Program-made: the position numbers and the translations under genes
The notes under the pieces: model-generated
Told to the model about the DNA's origin: nothing
The model's input: only the letters and a program-made list of their open reading frames with translations
The model's database searches: none
DNA from: Chthonomonadales bacterium
GTDB taxonomy: Bacteria > Armatimonadota > Chthonomonadetes > Chthonomonadales > Chthonomonadaceae
Direction of reading: 5' to 3'
DNA: 33,246 bases
Assembly: GCA_038217285.1 (NCBI GenBank)
Contig: JBBQPO010000025.1
Span: 1 to 33,246 of the forward strand
Shown: positions 9,740-18,703 of the stretch, piece by piece
Numbering within the stretch: the stretch's first letter is position 1
Layout: each line of letters begins with the position of its first letter

Positions 9740-9858
9740 TGTCTACATAAGTAGACGACATGGCAGGGCAAAGCCCTGCCCCGCACGCCCCCTCCCGGGA
9801 TCGGGAGAGGCTGAGCGTGCCGGCCTGCACCATGACGGTGCGAAAGGAAGCAAGCGAC

Positions 9859-12800
9859 ATGACCCTGCGACTGCGCCCGGACAATCCTCGTAGCGCGCGT
9901 TTCGCCCGGCCCCGAGCCCAATACTACCGCACTTTTTCTCCTCTTTCCGCTCTGTTGGCGGTCTTCCTGACACTCTCCGCGTCCCTGGCTTCGGCGCAGA
10001 CACGGCCTCTCGTCCAGTGGATCCGGGGAGGGCACACCACGCTGAAGCAGATGGTCTTCTCTGCCGATGGCAACTATATGGCGACCTGCGGCGCGGAAGG
10101 CACGTTCAAAATACATCGCCTCTCCGATGGCGTCGTCACTGTCACCGGCTCCGGACATACCAACCAGGTCTTATCGGTCGGGCTCTCGCCGGACGCCACC
10201 AAAGCCATCACGGGCAGCCTGGACTCCACGATCAAGATCTGGGATCTGGCGACCGGTACGCCGATCCGCAACATCATCGCCAACGGTTGGGTCGATGCGG
10301 TCGCCTGGTCGCCGGACGGCACGAAGGTCGCCGCCACCTTCGGCGACAACACGATTCATGTCTACAACGCCTCCGATGGAGGCTTTGTCTCGATCATGAC
10401 CGGCCATACCGGCAAGATCACCAGTATCAGCTTTTCGGGCGACAGCAGCAAGCTCGTCTCCGGAGGCTGGGACAAGAGCGCGCGCATCTGGCAGGTCTCC
10501 AGCGGAGCGCAACTGCAACTGCTGAACAGCCACACCGACTTTATAGATAGCGTCGCCTTCTCCGCCGACAATGCCAACGTCTGTACCAGCAGCGCCGATG
10601 CGACGATGAAGATCTGGAACGCTTCCACCGGAGCCCTGCGCTTCACACGCTCCGACAACTTCGGCCCCGTCAACACGATCTGTATCTCGCCCGACAGTCG
10701 CTTCGTCGCAGGGGGCGGTTTCGACGGTAAACTGCGTCTGTGGCGAATCTCGGATGGCAGCCTGATCAACACGTTCGATACCAAAGTCTGGTTCAGCAAC
10801 AGCGGGTACTCACCGGACGGCTCGAAAATCTACATCGCTCCCGACAACGGACAGACACAGGTGTACAGCGGCACGACCGGGAATCCCGTCGGCATGCTGC
10901 CCATCGAGCATACAGGCGGGGTCTACAACGCTGTCATCAGCCCGACCCACGACACCGTCGCCACTGCCAGCTACGACGCCAGCACCAGTATCTACGACTT
11001 CAACACGGGAGTCCTGCTCTGGCGCCTGTCAGACGGCAACCAGCCTATCATCGGCGTCACCTATTCGCCCGACGGCACGATGGTCGCAACCGTCGGCAAC
11101 GACTCCAAAATCCGTATCTGGAAGGTCTCGAACGGCACTCTGGTACGCAATATCGCCAACAGTCCCCTCGGCCTCAGTATCGTCTGGACGGCAGGCGGCA
11201 GTATCATCGTCGGTAACAACGACAACACCATCAAGATCGTCCGCGCCCAGGACGGCCTCAGCCAGGGATCGTTCGTCGGTCACACGGGCCCCGTCAACAG
11301 CCTGGCGCTCTCGCCGGACGGATCTCTGCTCGCCTCCGCCAGCGACGACAAAACGATCAAAATCTGGCGGATCTCCGATCAGTCCCTTGTCAGCACCCTG
11401 ACGGCCCATACCGACAAGGTGCGCAACGTCCAGTTTTCGGCAGACGGCACCATGCTCATCTCCGCCAGCAACGACAAGAGCAGTATCCTCTGGAAAGTCG
11501 CGGATGGCAGTCAGTTCCAGAGCTTCCACCATATCGACAACGTGGTTTCGGCTGCGATCGCTCCGGACGGCAAGACCGTCACGACCGGCGGTGAGGACAA
11601 GCATCTCAAGATCTGGCGTGTCACCGACGGAACCCTGCTGCAGGACTACACGCAGGAGACCGGCACCTATGCGTTGGGATTCAACCAGGGGGTCGATGGC
11701 CTGAACTACTCGCAGGACGGACGGGTGATTATGTGTGCGCGGGGCGACGCCGCCCTCTCGCTCATCGCCAACCCCTACTGGGTGCCGACCCCCACGAGTC
11801 TGACCGTCAGCCCGACCTCTGTTACCGGAACGACGACAGCCGTCGGAACCGTCACCATCAGCGGCCTGGCCCCGGCGGGCGGCGTGATCGTCACCCTGAG
11901 CAGCAACAACAGCGCCGTCGCCGCCGCCCCGGCTACCGTGACCGTGGCGGCAGGCAGCAGCGCCGCCAACTTCACTATCACCACCAGCGCAGTGGCGACC
12001 GATACCACCGTTGGCCTCTCGGCGACGCTCAACGGGGTCACACAGTCGGCCAATCTGGTCGTACAGACGCCCACGGCGCTCTTGGTCTCGGTCGCTCCGA
12101 CCAGTGTGCGCGGCGGTCAGAACGCGACCGGAACCGTCACTCTGAACGGTCAGGCGCCGACAGGCGGCATCGCGGTGACGCTCTCCAGCAGCAACACCGG
12201 CGCGGCGAGCGTGCCCGTCAGCGTGACTGTGGCGGCGGGCGCGACCACGGCCAACTTCACGGTGACCACCAGCGTTGTTGCCGTCAGCACACCGGTCGTC
12301 CTGACGGCCACACGTGGGAGCGCCGTCACGACCACACTGACGGTGACGCCGCCCACCGTCACCAATCTCAGCATCAGTCCCAACACGGTGCGCGGCAGCG
12401 AGAACGCCACGGGCACTGTCACCATCAGTGACAACGCTCCGACCGGCGGGATCGTCGTCAGTCTGGGAAGCAGCAACACGACCCTCGCCGGTGGCCCCGC
12501 CTCCGTCACGGTGCCTTCCGGCGCGACGACGGCGACCTTCGCCATCACGACCACGTCCGTGTCGGCCAATGCGAACGTCACTTTCACGGCGACCTTCAAT
12601 GCGACCTCCGCCACCGCCGTCCTGACTGTGACCCCACCTGACCTCTCGAGCGTGACTCTCTCTCCCAGCAGTGTGAAAGGCGGTCTGACGAGCACCGGCA
12701 CCGTCACCATCAGCGACCCCGCAGCCACCGGCGGCATCACCGTCACTCTCAGCAGTAACAACGCCGCCGCCACCGTCCCGACGAGCGTCACCATCGCGGC

Positions 12801-13968
12801 AGGGGCAAAGACGGCCACTTTCACCGTCAATACCACCCCGCTTGCTGCCGACGCTGCCGTCACCCTCTCGGGCGTCTTCAACAGCAAGACACAGACCGCA
12901 ACCCTCACTGTCAAGGCTCCTCTGGTAGCCAGTCTCACCGTCAGTCCCGGCAGTGTCCGCTCCCTCCACACGGCGGTCGTCACCCTCACTCTCGATGGCG
13001 CTGCGCCCACCGGAGGCATCAGCGTCAGCCTCGCCAGCAGCAACACTGCCGCCGCTACCCTGCCTGCAAGCGTCACTGTCCTGGCAGGCGCCACCACCGC
13101 GAACGCCACGGTCAGCACCTCGCTGGTTTCTGCCGATACCCGTCTTCTCCTTGCCGCCGCCCTCGGCGCCAGCAACCAATCGGTCGGCTTCACCGTCCTG
13201 CCGCATCTGCCCTTCGATTTCGACAATGACGGCCACAACGACCTTATCCTGCAGAGTCAGGCCACCAACGTTATCTACGTCTGGTTCACCAGCGTCCTCG
13301 ATATCTTCGGCGGCAGCAGCGTCAGCTATCTGCCTCCGTCCGGTTGGCAGGTGGTGGGCTGCGCCGACTTCAACCGCGACGGCAACCCCGATCTCCTGCT
13401 GCAAAACCAGACGACCGGCAGAATCGTGGTCTGGTACCTGCTCGGCACAACGGTGGCAGGTGGGGAGGAGCTCTCCCTACAGCCGAGCGGCGGCTACAAA
13501 GTCGTGGGAGTCGGAGACTTCAACGGCGATGGCAAGCCCGACATCCTCTTCCAGCAGCCGGGAACGGGGCAGCTTGTGATCTGGTTCCTGAACGGGGCGA
13601 CGGTGACGGGCGGGGTCGCGGTGCCGCAGGTGCCGGACGCAAGCTACAGTGTCGTGGGGGTGGGAGACGTGAACGGCGACGGTAAGCCCGACATCTTCTT
13701 CCAGAACCAGACGACCAACCAAATCGCGGTCTGGTACATGAACGGCAGTCAATTTGCAGGCGGAGGGGCGATCGGTTATCTGCCTCCGTCCGTCTGGAAA
13801 GTACATGCGGTCGAGGATCTGAACGGGGACGGCAAGCCGGATCTGGTGTTCCAGAACCAGACAACGAACCAGTTGCTGGTCTGGTTCATGGACGGCTTTA
13901 CGGTCGCGGGAGGCGGGCTGATGTCGCTCACGCCGCCCTCCGACTACAGGCTCCTGGGGCCACACTAA
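9859..13968 (+). CDS. Large secreted protein: about 14 WD40 repeats, 5 Thr/Val/Ser-rich Ig-like repeats and 5 C-terminal FG-GAP-like repeats
   Basis: ATG 9859 follows an AAAGGAAG SD (ORF is open from 9760). Signal peptide ends ASA/Q. Repeated GH...SPDG...IKIW units, ~94-aa SLTVSPxSVxGG...GTVT...APxGG..VxLSSxN units, and five D(F/V/L)(N/D)xDGxxD units. Confidence 0.9.
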   Translation: MTLRLRPDNPRSARFARPRAQYYRTFSPLSALLAVFLTLSASLASAQTRPLVQWIRGGHTTLKQMVFSADGNYMATCGAEGTFKIHRLSDGVVTVTGSGHTNQVLSVGLSPDATKAITGSLDSTIKIWDLATGTPIRNIIANGWVDAVAWSPDGTKVAATFGDNTIHVYNASDGGFVSIMTGHTGKITSISFSGDSSKLVSGGWDKSARIWQVSSGAQLQLLNSHTDFIDSVAFSADNANVCTSSADATMKIWNASTGALRFTRSDNFGPVNTICISPDSRFVAGGGFDGKLRLWRISDGSLINTFDTKVWFSNSGYSPDGSKIYIAPDNGQTQVYSGTTGNPVGMLPIEHTGGVYNAVISPTHDTVATASYDASTSIYDFNTGVLLWRLSDGNQPIIGVTYSPDGTMVATVGNDSKIRIWKVSNGTLVRNIANSPLGLSIVWTAGGSIIVGNNDNTIKIVRAQDGLSQGSFVGHTGPVNSLALSPDGSLLASASDDKTIKIWRISDQSLVSTLTAHTDKVRNVQFSADGTMLISASNDKSSILWKVADGSQFQSFHHIDNVVSAAIAPDGKTVTTGGEDKHLKIWRVTDGTLLQDYTQETGTYALGFNQGVDGLNYSQDGRVIMCARGDAALSLIANPYWVPTPTSLTVSPTSVTGTTTAVGTVTISGLAPAGGVIVTLSSNNSAVAAAPATVTVAAGSSAANFTITTSAVATDTTVGLSATLNGVTQSANLVVQTPTALLVSVAPTSVRGGQNATGTVTLNGQAPTGGIAVTLSSSNTGAASVPVSVTVAAGATTANFTVTTSVVAVSTPVVLTATRGSAVTTTLTVTPPTVTNLSISPNTVRGSENATGTVTISDNAPTGGIVVSLGSSNTTLAGGPASVTVPSGATTATFAITTTSVSANANVTFTATFNATSATAVLTVTPPDLSSVTLSPSSVKGGLTSTGTVTISDPAATGGITVTLSSNNAAATVPTSVTIAAGAKTATFTVNTTPLAADAAVTLSGVFNSKTQTATLTVKAPLVASLTVSPGSVRSLHTAVVTLTLDGAAPTGGISVSLASSNTAAATLPASVTVLAGATTANATVSTSLVSADTRLLLAAALGASNQSVGFTVLPHLPFDFDNDGHNDLILQSQATNVIYVWFTSVLDIFGGSSVSYLPPSGWQVVGCADFNRDGNPDLLLQNQTTGRIVVWYLLGTTVAGGEELSLQPSGGYKVVGVGDFNGDGKPDILFQQPGTGQLVIWFLNGATVTGGVAVPQVPDASYSVVGVGDVNGDGKPDIFFQNQTTNQIAVWYMNGSQFAGGGAIGYLPPSVWKVHAVEDLNGDGKPDLVFQNQTTNQLLVWFMDGFTVAGGGLMSLTPPSDYRLLGPH

Positions 13969-14083
13969 CGGGCCACAAAGGCTCTCTAAGCGGCCATCCG
14001 CTGAAGGTTCGTAATTTCTCCGAGGCCAGCGAGATCAACGCGCGCGAAATTTCTACGAGCATTGACCGGACGGCTACTTAGCC

Positions 14084-14128
14084 GCGGCAAAACCGCCGCC
14101 TCTGTTAAAGAGGCGGCGGTTTTGCCGC
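14084..14128. terminator. Bidirectional terminator-like perfect hairpin
   Basis: 20-bp perfect inverted repeat GCGGCAAAACCGCCGCCTCT-GTTAA-AGAGGCGGCGGTTTTGCCGC with internal A4/T4 tracts, between convergent genes. Confidence 0.75.
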
Positions 14129-14190
14129 CAGAGCCTTCAGGCCAGGCGAGCGTTTCTAAAGGCGTTGGCTCGCCTTCGAAAGCAGAGAGA

Positions 14191-15114
14191 CTAGGGGGCG
14201 GAGGCAGGTTTCGAGCGGCGCAGGGCGTTGAGGGCGACCCCGAGAATGACGAGGGCGGCGCCCAGCGCGCTGCGCTTTGTCAGCGTTTCGTGGCGAAACA
14301 TCCAGCCAGCGAGCGGGCCGAACAGCGGTTGTATCAGAATGAACGCCCCCAGAGATGAGACCGGATAACGCTCCATCAGTCGGAACCAGACGCCGTAGCC
14401 GAGCGCGGAGCAGATCAGGCTGAGATAGAGCACGTAGCCGAACACCTCCCACGACACGACAGGGTGATGGTGCGCCAGTTCCCAACCGACGCCGGGGAGG
14501 AGCAGCAGCGAGCCGAGGAGCATCTCTATCGCGACGACGAACAGCCCCGGATAGAGACTGGTGAGCCGCTTAGCGATGACGCTGGCGGTCGTCTCGATAC
14601 AGAGCGCGAGCAGAGCGATGACATTGCCCAGGCTGCCCCGCCCGACGATCAGCCAGATGCCGGCCAACCCAACGCACAGGCCGGTCCACTGCTGTCGGGA
14701 GAGGTGCTCACGGAGGAAGATACGGGCGAAAAGCGCGATCAGAATCGGTTCGCAGGCGGTCAACAAGACAGCCTCCGACGCGGTCGTTCGGGCGACCCCG
14801 GTGTAGTAGAGGCCGTAGGTGAGGACGATGCCGAGCAGCGCCAGCAGCAGGAAGCCGGGCCAGTCCCGGCGGCGCACGGTCGGTAACCTGCCCTGCGCGC
14901 GTGCCATCGCCAGCAGTATCAGGCCGGCCGGGGCGAAGCGAAGCGTCGTGAGCGTCAGGGGATCGAAAACCTCCAGCGCCCCCTTCGACGCAATCGTCGA
15001 AACCGACCAGAGCAGGTTGATGCCCACCAGGGCGGCAATCGCTCCGAAAGAGAGGGCTCTGCCGACATCACGCGGGGAGGTGGAGACCACCTCGACGAGT
15101 TCCAGATCGCTCAC
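14191..15114 (-). CDS. DMT/EamA family transporter
   Basis: About 10 TM helices in two EamA halves (LTTLRF, TTASEAVLLTACEP, FLREHL, FRHETLT). GTG start overlaps the ygfZ stop (GTGA). Confidence 0.9.
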   Translation of the reverse strand: MSDLELVEVVSTSPRDVGRALSFGAIAALVGINLLWSVSTIASKGALEVFDPLTLTTLRFAPAGLILLAMARAQGRLPTVRRRDWPGFLLLALLGIVLTYGLYYTGVARTTASEAVLLTACEPILIALFARIFLREHLSRQQWTGLCVGLAGIWLIVGRGSLGNVIALLALCIETTASVIAKRLTSLYPGLFVVAIEMLLGSLLLLPGVGWELAHHHPVVSWEVFGYVLYLSLICSALGYGVWFRLMERYPVSSLGAFILIQPLFGPLAGWMFRHETLTKRSALGAALVILGVALNALRRSKPASAP

Positions 15115-16163
15115 GGGATCGGTCTCGAAGGGAAGGGTAGTTCGGTAACCGTGGCGACTCCCCGGCCTTCCTCACCGATGACAAGAAGCGTGCCCGGTTC
15201 GCGATGCTCGTGGCGCACGTAGCCCAACGCAATCGCCCTGCCGCCCGCCGCCGGTGACGAGGCGATAACAGTGGTCAGGCGTCCCGTTTCGCGCGGCAGT
15301 TCCGCGTCAGAGTGGAAGAACAGTTTCGCGCCGGCAGCAGGCAGTTCCGGGTCGTCGAGGATCAGCCCGGTCAGCGCGCGGTTGGTGTGGCCGCGCGCAT
15401 CGATTCGCGCAACGATCTCTTGCCCGACATAACAGCCTTTCGTCAGACTGATATGGCTCGTCAGATTGGCTTCGGGCGCCAGCACACTCTCATCCATATC
15501 CGCACCATAGCGCGGCAGGCCCGCCTCGGCACGCAGCAGTTCTGCCGTTTCCATCCCTACTTCCGGAATTTCCAGCGCCTTCAGAGCGTCCTGTACGGCG
15601 GCAATGCTCTCCGCTCGCGCATAGAGATCCAGGCCGCCGCTGCCGGTATGATCCGCCGCCACCATACGACACGATTCCTCCACCACTCTCCGAAGTTTCG
15701 CGTCGTGTTCGGTTCGCGCCGTCCAGGACTCGCGGCCAACGAAAGCAACGGCTTCCGGACCTTGTAGGGTCACCGCACCGACTCGGGCGCTGACATCGGC
15801 CAGTTCGACATCTTCCATAATCAACAGACGGTCGAGATGAGTCAGAATACGGGCGACCGTCGCCTGCGGCAGTTCCGCCAGCAGGAAATCCTGGCCTTTC
15901 AAGCCGACTGCCCCCGCCAGCGCATGCGTTCCCGCCACCGTGACCAGAACGCCGTCCGAGAGCAGATGCCCTGTGGCGTCCAGAAAACAGACGGGCAGAC
16001 GCTCGGCCTGCCCATTCGCCAGGAGCCGCATGTCGTTGCTGACCATCCCCTGCAGCCATGTGAAGCGATCCGGCCCGCTGATCGCCAGAAAGCCGACCTC
16101 GCTGCGACGCCACCAGCCCATACGCTCCCGCACCGCCTCATACCGGGTTTCGAATGCTGCCAT
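15111..16163 (-). CDS. ygfZ: Folate-binding YgfZ/GcvT-family protein
   Basis: Signature KGCYVGQE and N-terminal GPDRFTWLQGMVSND. Confidence 0.9.
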   Translation of the reverse strand: MAAFETRYEAVRERMGWWRRSEVGFLAISGPDRFTWLQGMVSNDMRLLANGQAERLPVCFLDATGHLLSDGVLVTVAGTHALAGAVGLKGQDFLLAELPQATVARILTHLDRLLIMEDVELADVSARVGAVTLQGPEAVAFVGRESWTARTEHDAKLRRVVEESCRMVAADHTGSGGLDLYARAESIAAVQDALKALEIPEVGMETAELLRAEAGLPRYGADMDESVLAPEANLTSHISLTKGCYVGQEIVARIDARGHTNRALTGLILDDPELPAAGAKLFFHSDAELPRETGRLTTVIASSPAAGGRAIALGYVRHEHREPGTLLVIGEEGRGVATVTELPFPSRPIP

Positions 16164-16185
16164 AGGATTCAGCCTTTCTTGCAGG

Positions 16186-16929
16186 TTACAAATTACGGGC
16201 GGCGACGGTGGCGGAGGCCTGCGCCAGCGGCTTGACGACCACCTCGTCGATGTTGACGTGCGGAGGTCGGGTGACGACCCACTGGATCACATCGGCGACA
16301 TCCTCCGCTCTCAGAGGCTGCAGGCCCGCGTAAACCTTCTTTGCCCGCTCTTCGTCCCCGCTGAACCGGACCACGCTAAACTCCGTCTCGACCATTCCAG
16401 GCGCGACTTCGGTAATACGGATCGGCTTACCGACCAGTTCCAGCCGCATCACCTGCGTGATCGCCCGGACCGCGAACTTGACGGCGTTGTAACCGGCCCC
16501 ACCAGGATAGGCTTCCCGCCCAGCGATGCTGCCGATGTTGACGACATGTCCCGCGCCGCTGGCTTCCAGTTTCGGCAGGAGCGCACGGGTGACGCGCATC
16601 AGCCCCATCACATTCGTGTCGAACATCCGCTCCCAGTCTTCATCCTTCGACTCCGCAAACTTGTCGAGGCCGAGCGCGCCGCCCGCATTATTGACCAGCA
16701 CATTCACCGCCGGGATCTGCGCGCAGAATGCCTCGACACTGGCTGCGTCTGTCACATCGAGCGGCAGGCAGACCGCGCCGAGCGGTCCTCCGACCTCCCG
16801 CACCTTCTCCAGCCGCCGCGCGCCGAGCACCAGCGCAAACCCCGCCTGATACAGCGCGACCGCCGTCGCCGCCCCGATCCCACTGCTCGCCCCGGTCACC
16901 ACCGCGACCCGTTTCACGCCTTCTGCCAC
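16186..16929 (-). CDS. Short-chain dehydrogenase/reductase, YdfG-like (NADP-dependent)
   Basis: TGASSGIG, VNNAG, GSIAG, YNAVK, PGMVETEFS and TRPPHVNI. Confidence 0.92.
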   Translation of the reverse strand: MAEGVKRVAVVTGASSGIGAATAVALYQAGFALVLGARRLEKVREVGGPLGAVCLPLDVTDAASVEAFCAQIPAVNVLVNNAGGALGLDKFAESKDEDWERMFDTNVMGLMRVTRALLPKLEASGAGHVVNIGSIAGREAYPGGAGYNAVKFAVRAITQVMRLELVGKPIRITEVAPGMVETEFSVVRFSGDEERAKKVYAGLQPLRAEDVADVIQWVVTRPPHVNIDEVVVKPLAQASATVAARNL

Positions 16930-17108
16930 TATCGTTCCCTCTTTCTAAACGCCTTGATTCTTGTGCCGCAACTCCTGCGTATCTATCGCCATGTTCTCTA
17001 TCGACACCGCATTTCCCTACCGCGCGTCTCTAAATTGGCAGGCCGCTATAGTGTTCTCATCTTCTGCACTTTTGCTCATGCCATAATACAGACATCGGAG
17101 GCCGCGTC

Positions 17109-17530
17109 ATGAACCAGCAAACACTCCTCAAAGTAATTACACGCATCACCGCCACAGACGCGACTGCGCTTACTATCAGTCGTAAAAGACTGACATCCTT
17201 GCCACCTGAAGTAGGTCACCTCACCAATCTTACGGAACTCGATCTTCACGTAAATCAATTTACCTCGCTGCCGCCAGAGATAGGTCAACTCGTCAAGTTA
17301 AAGTCGCTCAATGTCGCCGCCAATCACCTGACCTCGCTGCCGCCGGAGATTGTTCGCCTCATCCATCTGACGACACTCAATCTCTACGGCAACCGGTTAA
17401 CTTCGCTGCCTCCTGAAATTATTCAACTTACTTACCTGACGAAACTCGACCTCGCAGTAAACCAGATGACCTCGCTCCCGTCTCAGATCGGCAGGCTCAT
17501 TAACTTGATGGAACTATACTTGGGCTACAA
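17109..17530 (+). pseudogene. Leucine-rich-repeat gene fragment (5 x 23-aa LRR); ORF continues out of frame into the next gene to 17672
   Basis: LTSLPPEIGQL-type repeats with 69-nt periodicity, GGAGG SD and visibly lower GC. LRR similarity ends at the ATG of the next gene. Confidence 0.7.
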
Positions 17531-18618
17531 TGACACGGAAACAGACATCTCTGTCGGTGGCGGCGCTCTGTCTGAGCCTCTGCCTCCTGGGGGCGCAGGC
17601 CCAGAAGCCTGCGGCACACGGCAAAAAACCGACGGCGTCCGCCGCCCCACCGACGAAAGCACAGATCAATAGCGCGCTGATCACGGCGATTCTCCAGCGA
17701 AGTCCCGAACAGGTACGCGATCTCTTGAAACGCGGTGCAGATCCCAACACGATTTCTGATGGCAACCCTGCTCTCGGGCTCGCCGCCATGGCCGGCCCCA
17801 AAGAGCTTCTTGGCCCGCGCCTGAACGCCGGGCCTCCGGACATCGCGATGGTCGGTGCGTTGCTCGACGCCGGCGCAAAGGTCGATGCCGTCAACAAGCT
17901 CGGCAGAACCCCTCTGGCGAAGTCGATTACCGATAGCAGCGGCAAAATTTGCGAACTGCTTCTGGAACACCACGCTTCGGTCGATCTCGCGGATAAGCAT
18001 GGGGTGACTCCGCTGATGCTGGCCGCAGCGGAAGGCCGCGGACATGTCATGGATATCCTGCTGGCGCATAACGCCCGCACCGAAGCCGGACAGAATCCCC
18101 TGGTAGTCCAGATCATCAATCAGAGCGAGGGCTTATCCGCTCCCGCAGAGTTTACCAGATTTATCGGTCCGCTGCGCGATGCCGCTTTCCTCAAACTGGT
18201 CGCTCAAGGGGCGGACATCAACGCCAAGACGGATGGGGGCGACAGCGTGTTGGCGATTGCCATCCTCCGCAACAACATGAACTACGTTCCTTTTCTGCTC
18301 GATAGAGGAGCGAACATCAACGAAAAAAATAAAGACAACATCACACCGCTGCTCTACGCCGCCCACAACGGAAAAGCTCTGATCGTGCGCTATCTGTTGG
18401 CGCATGGTGCAGATCCGAAAGTCGTCGGACCGGACGGCATCACCGCGCTGCATCTGGGCGTCGAGCAGGGAAACTTCGCGATTGTCGAAATGCTTCTCCA
18501 GAAAGGGGTCGATCTGTCCCCCAAAAACGCTGCAGGAAAGACGCCCTTAGCGCTCGCCTGCGAGAAGAAATTGACTGGCATCATCAACCAGTTGACAGCC
18601 GCAGGCGCGAAAGAGTAG
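17530..18618 (+). CDS. Secreted ankyrin-repeat protein
   Basis: Signal peptide ending AQA/Q. Multiple ankyrin motifs (GRTPL, GVTPLMLAA, ITPLLYAA, GITALHLG, GKTPL) and terminal AGAKE. Confidence 0.9.
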   Translation: MTRKQTSLSVAALCLSLCLLGAQAQKPAAHGKKPTASAAPPTKAQINSALITAILQRSPEQVRDLLKRGADPNTISDGNPALGLAAMAGPKELLGPRLNAGPPDIAMVGALLDAGAKVDAVNKLGRTPLAKSITDSSGKICELLLEHHASVDLADKHGVTPLMLAAAEGRGHVMDILLAHNARTEAGQNPLVVQIINQSEGLSAPAEFTRFIGPLRDAAFLKLVAQGADINAKTDGGDSVLAIAILRNNMNYVPFLLDRGANINEKNKDNITPLLYAAHNGKALIVRYLLAHGADPKVVGPDGITALHLGVEQGNFAIVEMLLQKGVDLSPKNAAGKTPLALACEKKLTGIINQLTAAGAKE

Positions 18619-18635
18619 CGGCGTCCTTACGAACA

Positions 18636-18680
18636 CCAAAACGCCCTCACTGAACTTTGAATTCAGTGAGGGCATTTTGG
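18636..18680. terminator. Bidirectional intrinsic terminator
   Basis: AAAA-C-GCCCTCACTGAA-loop-TTCAGTGAGGGC-A-TTTT: a 12-bp perfect stem between the convergent ankyrin gene and atpA. Confidence 0.85.
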
Positions 18681-18703
18681 ATAGAGGATCAGGAGAATGC
18701 GCG

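Noticed and set aside
9761..9850. Possible c-di-GMP-I riboswitch suggested by GGGCAAA
   Set aside because: The GGCAAA sits in a simple perfect hairpin. The GNRA-capped P2 and the following GACGCAAAG-type segment are absent.
13971..14175. SRP, 6S, tmRNA or tRNA identity for the structured intergenic region
   Set aside because: I found no SRP GGAA-tetraloop domain, no large central bubble typical of 6S, and no cloverleaf, TpsiC or CCA features on either strand.
17109..18618. LRR-ankyrin pair as an anti-phage or NLR-like defence system
   Set aside because: There is no NTPase, TIR or nuclease effector. The LRR gene is a fragment and the ankyrin protein is secreted.
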